Assembly (NCBI RefSeq): GCF_000143415.4
Contig: NW_003314326.1
Coordinates: forward strand, 941,609-1,005,608
DNA from: Selaginella moellendorffii
Taxonomy: Eukaryota > Plantae > Lycopodiophyta
DNA: 64,000 nucleotides
Direction: 5' to 3'
The notes under the pieces were generated by a model. It was not told the DNA's origin and did no database searches. It saw only the letters and a list, made by a program, of their open reading frames with translations. A program made the translations under genes and the position numbers. Shown piece by piece: positions 56,810-64,000 of the stretch (within the stretch, counting starts at the first letter, position 1; every line of letters begins with the position of its first letter).

Positions 56810-57500
56810 GAAGGACGAACATGTTTCTGGCATGCTCGCAAATGGCACACGTCGAGGAGATGAGGAGGATCTTCGATGGTATGCCGGAGCGCCACCTGGT
56901 GCCGTGGAATGCGATGCTTACTTGCTACACGCAGGGCGAGGAGACGACCACCACTTTTTTATGACATGAATATGATGAATGAACAACAGAATATTGGTGA
57001 TTCATGCATGGTAACTTGTAGAATTGGATCCACACTAGTATACAAGATGAAAGCTTTAACACAATTGGAACTACTATCAGCCAAGAGATTCAGGTTGCAC
57101 TGCCCCCCTCAAAACTGTGGGAGATCCACAGATGCTTGTCAAAGCTTCCAATCGCGTGGTAAGTGTTGAGAATGTTGCGATTGTTGGAAACACCAAATAC
57201 TATAGGTATGCTGGTATATGTACCAATACGTATATTGGTAAACAATATATCAATGCTTCAACCGTGGACAAAGGCTCTAAAATCTATACTGAAATGGTCA
57301 CCGTATTGGCTTATAGGGAGGAAAATCACGTCCCCTGTTAGTTCCTCCCTCACAATCAGTGGATAAGGCGATTGTTGGAAACAACAAACTCCATCATCTA
57401 GACGTTTGGGTGGGAGACATTGGAGATCTTCCTCACGATGGGCCGAGATGCTAGATCCTGGAACGCATTGATCGCTGCCAGGGAAACGGTTTGGAGAGCG
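56810..57500 (+). pseudogene. Mosaic of PLS-type PPR, MLP 5' and ATG6 3' fragments
   Basis: RRIFDGMPERHLVPWNAMLTCY; degenerate copy of about 57760-58090; copy of the ATG6 end (about 55613-55740) at about 57264-57371. Confidence 0.75.
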
Positions 57501-57924
57501 TGAACAAGCACTTTCTAGTTAAAGTGAGATTTGTCATTATCTCACGTTTTTTAGTAAAGAAGATAAGGTAACAAGAAAAAAAGTGAAGTTTCTCATGTGA
57601 TTTTTCACATTAATGTATTATAACATGGTCAATGAAATAAATAAATAAAAAAAGTTAATGCAGATATTAAATGAATGAACTATATAAACACATATTAACG
57701 AGAGAATCCCACTTTAATGAAAAGGAGCTTGCACCGTAAGTTCACAAATGAGGGATCTTTGATGGTATGCTGGCGTTGTGGAACGAGATGCTCACTTGCT
57801 ACACTCGGAAGGAGGAGATTTTTAACTGAAGGTCGTGACATGAAGAATGAACAACAATAGAATAGCAGGGTTGACAATCTAGACTAGTATAAAAAATGAA
57901 AGCTTAGTAGCAAACTTAGACACA

Positions 57925-58466
57925 ATGGGAGCTCCATCGCCTATCAGCCGAGAGATTCAGGTTGCACTCCCCCCCTCAAAACTGTGGGAGGCTCTCAAGG
58001 ATCCACAGATGCTTGTCAAAGCTTCCAATCAGGCCGTGGTGAGCATTGAAAATGTTGATGGCGATGCTGCCACCGTTGGAAACACTAGGATGGTCAAGTT
58101 CAATACTGGTGCGTGATATTTCTGGGAGAGATCTTTGTTTGTTTGATCTTCATCTTTCTTCTCTTTGGTGTTCTTGGAACTTCATCTACAGATCTTGTTC
58201 CTTATCCATTCATAAAAGAGGAGCTGACTATGATCGATGAATCCACTCATACTATTGGGGTGAGCGTGATCGAAGGGGGACTGGTTGGCACGCAAGTGAG
58301 TTCTCTCAAATGGAAACTGACGCTCAAGCCTGAAGGAGAAGGAAGCCTGCTTCTGTGGTCCCTCGATTACGAACCCAAAGTTCCAGGCACGGAGGAAGTT
58401 GACAAGTTTGCCGATGGCTTCGTTGCTAGCATCAAGCAAGTCGAGGCCTACGTCCTCTCACTATAG
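57925..58466 (+). CDS. Bet v1/MLP/PR-10 (START-like) protein; 2 exons
   Basis: REIQVALPPSKLWEAL, VDGDAATVGNTR, IKEELTMIDESTHTIGVSVIEGG, IKQVEAYVL. Confidence 0.85.
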
Positions 58467-58597
58467 TTCCAGAAACTCTGGATCTGAGCTGTGTGTGCTT
58501 GTGTTCTTGAAGCTATAAACTTGGAAATGCCAAGAACTTGACTGCTGTGATTTCTTAGAGTGCTTTGCAATCTAAGCAACAACAGGGAGTAGAAAAA

Positions 58598-61500
58598 TTA
58601 AAAGTGTACCTGCGCATCATAGAAAACTTCCGTGTCACCATGCCGGCTTGGGTTTTGGGATCTCCCAGCACCGCCACCACGGCGGCCTCGTCTTGGATAA
58701 GCAACACCACGGCCACGTCCAGAAGCTCGATCCTGTGCTTGTCCTCTCCCTGCATAGAGTTTCTGTTAGCCGAGCAAGGAAAGCAAAGTTCGAACCTGAG
58801 GGAGCAGGAGGTGCTCTATAGATATTCATAATGTCATTCAGCACAATGTCACAGCCACCCACGCAACCTGCAAGAGATTGTTAATTTAGCAGCATGGGGT
58901 TTCCTGAAAATCAGCTTTCACCTGTGTGATAAATGCTGTATTGTGGTGGTATCTCTGCTCTCTTGAACTTGAAGTCAATTTTGTAAACTGGAGCTGGAAT
59001 GCACGAGTTGCAAGTGTGTGTAGTGACTGTCGCTTCCATGACGACGGAGGGTAGCCACACGACATTTTTACACTGAAAAGAAAAGCACCATTTTACAAAA
59101 GTAAAAAGCCAAGCAAGCAGCATACCTGTGGAAAGTTGCGACAACCAACCATAAACTTGCTATCCTGGTGTAACAAAGTCAGTAGTGGCCTACAAGCAAA
59201 CGGGATGAAGAGGAAAAACTCACTGGTCTTCTCTTTAAAACCATGTCCGCTTCACGACACATTGGGCACCTTCGAACGATTCCACCGACTTGCACCGCTT
59301 CAGGGACTTGATTTTGGCTTCTGTTGGAGCGATCCAAGTAAAAACTAATGCCAAAGAACGCATGCTTACCTCTCAAAGAAAAGACCCATTGCCTCTATAA
59401 GCTTTTGTTGCTGAACTCTAGCCTGGAAAAAATAAGAAAAATAAGAAAATAAAGCAGCAGCTGAAAAGCTTTAAAACCTACATCGAGAAAGCACGTCTTC
59501 ATTTGCTGCAGGCATGTCTCCAGGACATTCTCCTTCACCTTTATTCCGTCGCCCACGGCCTTCATGTCTCTCTCCATTATAGATCTGAGATGGGGCTTCC
59601 AAAGCTCGTACCTGAAACAAAACTTCTAGAATGTCTCTCATCTTGGAATTGAATATAAAGAAACTAGAAATATGAAAACCAACCCCATCGTGTCATATCC
59701 CATAACCAGTGCCTCGCCCTGTAAGATAATCTCAACTTAGTTGAAAGCACTTTTCCTGGTTGTGCCGCGTACCAAGTTTGTGGGACAAAAGCGTGTCTGC
59801 GCATCTTTGGTAGCGTAGCGCCGGTCCAGCAGCTTTTTTATGTGATCATGCATAGTAGCATCCGTTCCAATTCCCTCCTGGCCGCACAGAGAATTCAGGT
59901 CTTGAAAATGCTGGAACTAAGAAACCACCTTGTCCATGAGCGCGATTAAATCCGCTTCTGACAAAAGGGGTGGGGGTTGCGTTCTGCCAGCATCCAGCGT
60001 AAGCCTGGTTGGAATGAACTGCGAAGCAACACACGCAAAGTAAGAAAATACTCGCAGTCTGAAAATGTGTACCTGTTGTCCAAGGTCAAAGTTTGGAAGA
60101 GTTGAAGCAGCCCAGTTTTCGTATCTATAAACTTCCAAGTAATTTCTCTGAGATGAAAACGAGCAACACGGTCTCAATTCCTAGAAACAACGAGAAAGTT
60201 TACTTACAGCAGTCACCATGAGTCCATTAGCAGAGAACTGTTCCCCAGCAATGTCAATCATGGCTTTTGTTGCGTATCCTACAGCCGGCTGCGAGACACA
60301 CGCAAGAAAGTGTCGCACAACAAGCTCATATACTGCCTGCAAAGAAAACAAAATACAGAAATCAAAGTGACATTAATAAAAAAAGCTACCTTGTGATCGT
60401 TCCTCCATTGTGGTTCTCCATCCGAAAACCTGGTAGGATGTATAGGCGGATGAGCTTTATCGTCGTGTCCACCATTGCTCGGATGTCTCCACAAATTCTC
60501 TCGAGAGTCAAGAAGGCGATGGGCATAATTTCCCCACACAGGATGCCTGGTCTGCTCCTCTACCATGCGCTGCGTAGACAACATTATATCAGCTCAAAGA
60601 GACTAGGAACCGATGCAACACAAACTCGAAGATCAGTATTCTCCGAAAAGTAATCTGTCTCAGTCCGGGGATAGCTGATGAATCCTTGCTGGTAGAGCTC
60701 TTCAGCAGCCTGCAAGTTCAAAGGTTGGCGATTGATAAACACAATCCAACAATACCTTCATTGTCTCCTGGGACCCAAGGCGTAGAAACCGTGAAGCGCG
60801 CTTCACCAGCTCAACAGTATTCAGTGGATGCGGTGGATTTTTACGTGTCTCACGTCCAGTAACAGAGAAAACCTGAAAGAGAAGGTTTGAAGGCTTTCGA
60901 GCATGCTGGAAGGAAGATAAATTAACCGTAGCAAGAGGCTCTTCCACGCACATTTCATATATGGCGACGGCGGCTACATAGTCGAAAAGATGGCCACGCC
61001 TGCGAAACATACAAACTCAGCAAGCCTGGGATTAAAAAAAATCATGACTTACGCCCATTTGAAGGAAGCACTGTCGTTCTCCGACCTGTACACGCAGTTT
61101 ATGGTCCAAAAATCTTCAGGCTGGTGTGCTTGAACTTGCCAATATCTTTCAACGACAAAGCCTAGAGTTGGAAACTAGCGCAAAAGTATGTTGGCTATTG
61201 GACTGGAGATTATCATTTATCTCGTTACCTGGCACGGACCATAGCTAAGAATGGCCTTCTCATGCTCGTCAAATGGAAGAACAAAGCGATCTTTCAAGAG
61301 CATTGTCTGAAAGCGAGTGAAGGAAGCACCTATACGTAGATCGATCTCCTAAGCATCGGCACGGCTTTCTTTTAGAACTAAAAACGATAAAGGAAGTTTA
61401 AAGCTTAGAGAAAAACCTGGCGCGCGTCCACAGCATCCGAAAGATTGCGATTTGGCCGGTGCAAATTCTGTGCAGCGTGCTGGATTTCCCTGCAAAAACT

Positions 61501-62069
61501 ATGAGTCCCCGAAGGAAAGATGGAAGTGACAAAAATCATACCTCTCGATAAATGCTGAGAAGCGAGCTCGTAAGACGTTGAGTCCCCGGTTAACATTGAG
61601 ACAGACCTCCACCACTTCGTAGGCAATGTTCTCTCCTTCTCGATCGCAATCGAGCCAAAGAACAAGCCACTGGCAATTCCTAGCCTGTTCTTCCAGCGTC
61701 CGTTTGATTCCCAGCTTGTCCTAGAGAACATTTCCCTGCCTGTGAGAATCCACATTCTTTCTTTTCCTTTCCTATCGAAATCCTTCGTACCTGGGGAACG
61801 TATCTCCTCACTGGCGCCTGGAACAAATCGGCCGGATCGCAGTAGTACCATTTCCGGAATTGCTCCTCGAAATCCAGCTCCATGAGATGGCCGCTGACAG
61901 AGGTCATTACCATTCGGCATGGCTGACCACCGATCATGTAGTTGAAATGGAAGATCCTGTTGTAGACAGAATGGCCGCTCAAGCTCCGGCAATCGCCATG
62001 TGACAAGATCTGCGCGATCTCCTTGGCGGCGCTGGGCTTCTCCGCCACATTCAAAACATTCACAGCCAT
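58598..62069 (-). CDS. TOP3A: DNA topoisomerase III alpha, multi-exon (3' end uncertain, 58598 or 58461)
   Basis: [55 protein letters not shown] and zinc-finger cysteines. Confidence 0.93.
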
Positions 62070-62171
62070 AAACCCTAAATGTGCATAACCAAAAACTAAA
62101 ATAAAGGTAACGAAGAAGATGTTCAATAAGGGAGGGAGATTCAAGCGCCAAGGACGCGCTAAACGATGCAA

Positions 62172-62350
62172 ATCTGAACGAGGTGTTTCACATTTGGCAC
62201 AAGGATGATTTTGGAACAATCAACAACTTCCAGCTTGGTTGGATCGTCTGTGTTTGTGTCGCACACTATTTGGCAACAATATTGTTAACTAAATTTTATA
62301 TATATAGACTTCTTTTACCTCTTTCTGATTTGTGTTTGATTTGTGTTGGT
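62172..62350 (+). pseudogene. Degenerate ATG6 internal fragment
   Basis: [21 protein letters not shown] matches ATG6 at about 54965-55032, followed by similarity to about 55150-55220 including intron sequence. Confidence 0.75.
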
Positions 62351-62639
62351 TTGCTTGTAAATATAAATATCATATCACTTTCAATCTAATGTCAGGTTCA
62401 CCAGCTCAAACCAAAGACGATATAAAAAATATCAATTTGAACAATTCTCTTATTCTCTAAGTCCTTTTATTTTGTTTCTCCAATCCAATTTTTTCATATG
62501 AGTTTGGAGATATTATTTTTTAAGATATTGGTTCTGTCTTTGCAATTGTCATTCATTTAACACCAACTTTGTCTATTTAGACCCAATCCATTCTTCCCTT
62601 TAATTATTATGATTTCAAGGGTGTTAATCACTACCATTT

Positions 62640-62880
62640 AGTCTTGTCTATAATCTTTTATCAACAGAGTTGGACATATTACATAGATATATTGAGAAGA
62701 TTCCAAAGGTTTATTTGGTCTTCTCAATCTCCAATTAGTGCACTTTTCTTTTGTGTCCAAGGAGAATAACAACTTAAACAAATCTCCTAATCTATATTAC
62801 AACCTAAACAAAGTTATCATTCCTAATAAATACCCACTTTCATTGGTCCTTAAGATATTAGAATATATTGCAAATGTGAT
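62640..62880 (+). mobile_element. Ancient Ty3/Gypsy reverse transcriptase relic
   Basis: YNLLSTELDILHRYI...SQSPISA...FVSKE...NLNKVIIPNKYPL resembles the Gypsy RT N-terminus; AT-eroded. Confidence 0.6.
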
Positions 62881-63457
62881 TACGGGTATCAAAAGCTACC
62901 TATCAGCTCTTTTTTATTCTTCTTTTATTGCCACGATGACAAGAGGTCGATATTGTTAAACTATAATTAGTCTCCTCTCAAAGTAGTTGAGAAACTACTT
63001 TTCATATATGCATTTGGCCATAGGAGCATAAGGATGGAATTTCTAAATGCTATTATTTAAGCATATTTAACTTGGTTAGAGAGATTTATTTGTTGGCTTG
63101 CACTTACTAATGTTGGGAACCCCTGCAATATTGAACTTGTTTCCTTAATATTTACTATATAATAGTTTACTATATCTACTAAGACACTCTTACTATCATG
63201 CCCCATTTGTTGGTCCCGTTGTGAAACACAAATCCCTAAGCCCTAAAGTGGAGCAAAAAAGATGCCACATGGTAGTGGTCAAAGTGAAAGTCCAACAAAA
63301 CATAACATATTTGGATCAAAATTTCCAATTTGAAAAGTCGAGAGCGTGAGTGAAACTCTGAACAAAGTGCTCAAGGAATAAGCACAAAGCAATTGGTGAA
63401 TGAATTTCTAAAAATGGACACAAAAAAAACTAACACATGGAAGTGCCAGGAATAGAT

Positions 63458-63773
63458 AGAGTCCGAGATGGACCCGAGATGGAATTTGAGATGGACCTGA
63501 GATAGAGTCTGAGATGGAGTCCAAGATGGATTCAAGATGGAATCTGAGATGGAGTCTGATATGGACCCAAGATAGAGAGTCTAAGATGGACCCGAGATGG
63601 AGTCTAAGATGGACCCAAGATGGAGTCTGAGATGGATCCGAGATGGAGTCTGAGTTGGACCTGAGATGAAATTTGAGATGGACCCGAGATAGAGTCCAAT
63701 ATAGACCTGAGATGGAGTCCGATATGGACCCAGGACAGAGTCCGAGATGAAGTCTAAAATGGACTCAAGATGG
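63458..63773. repeat. Approximately 12-bp degenerate minisatellite (GAGATGGAGTCY / GAGATGGACCCR), about 26 units
   Basis: AGATGGA core recurs about every 12 bp. Confidence 0.92.
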
Positions 63774-64000
63774 ATAATTAAGTGTCGAAATAACACTTGC
63801 AAAGATGGTCCTTATGAAAGGGGATGTGAATACAAGAAGTTGTATTTAAGTGTGATGCACCTCAAAAGTAGTTGGGAGGCTAGGGCTTTATGAGATGTTG
63901 GATTAACAAGTCCAAAAGCTGGATGACTTCGCAGAGTTAAGAGATAGTCCTAAAGGCTTGGAGGAATCTCGTTTAGATAGAGGTGTTTTGTACCCTACAA

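Noticed and set aside
63458-63773. CRISPR-like array
   Set aside because: No unique spacers, 12-bp period and eukaryotic context.
1-64000. tRNA, rRNA or other ncRNA genes
   Set aside because: None recognisable by eye; only the tRNA-complementary PBS of the Copia element.

Overview
Eukaryotic plant nuclear DNA, very gene-dense, with introns of about 46-90 nt. The short introns, a ciliary gene (CCDC113-like) and the PPR style point to a lycophyte such as Selaginella; the organism is an inference. Left flank (1-12.3 kb): Copia remnant, BAHD and Methyltransf_22 pseudogenes, an At3g16200-like putative methyltransferase, a stand-alone group II intron maturase domain-X gene, NAA50, a J-domain gene, mitochondrial PDH E2 and TEX10/IPI1. 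Centre (12.3-50.8 kb): a rearranged tandem segmental array of the block [TEX10 3' half - clathrin light chain - BLE2/ARM-type membrane protein - family-16 methyltransferase - P-class PPR]. The five BLE2/ARM-like copies are hypervariable and mosaic, while their neighbours are near-identical and, apart from the methyltransferase, mostly decaying. A short-LTR Copia element with a nested hAT element sits just upstream of one copy. Right flank: FAX4-like, CCDC113-like, ATG6, an SCP/FCP1 phosphatase, Bet v1/MLP, TOP3A, scattered ATG6/PPR/MLP fragments, a Gypsy RT relic and a 12-bp minisatellite. The best candidates for new biology are the diversifying BLE2/Ptr-like array (possible non-NLR immune-receptor cluster), the RT-less maturase, and convergent gene pairs whose stop codons overlap in palindromes. 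All family calls come from motif recognition without database searches, and all splice models are manual.
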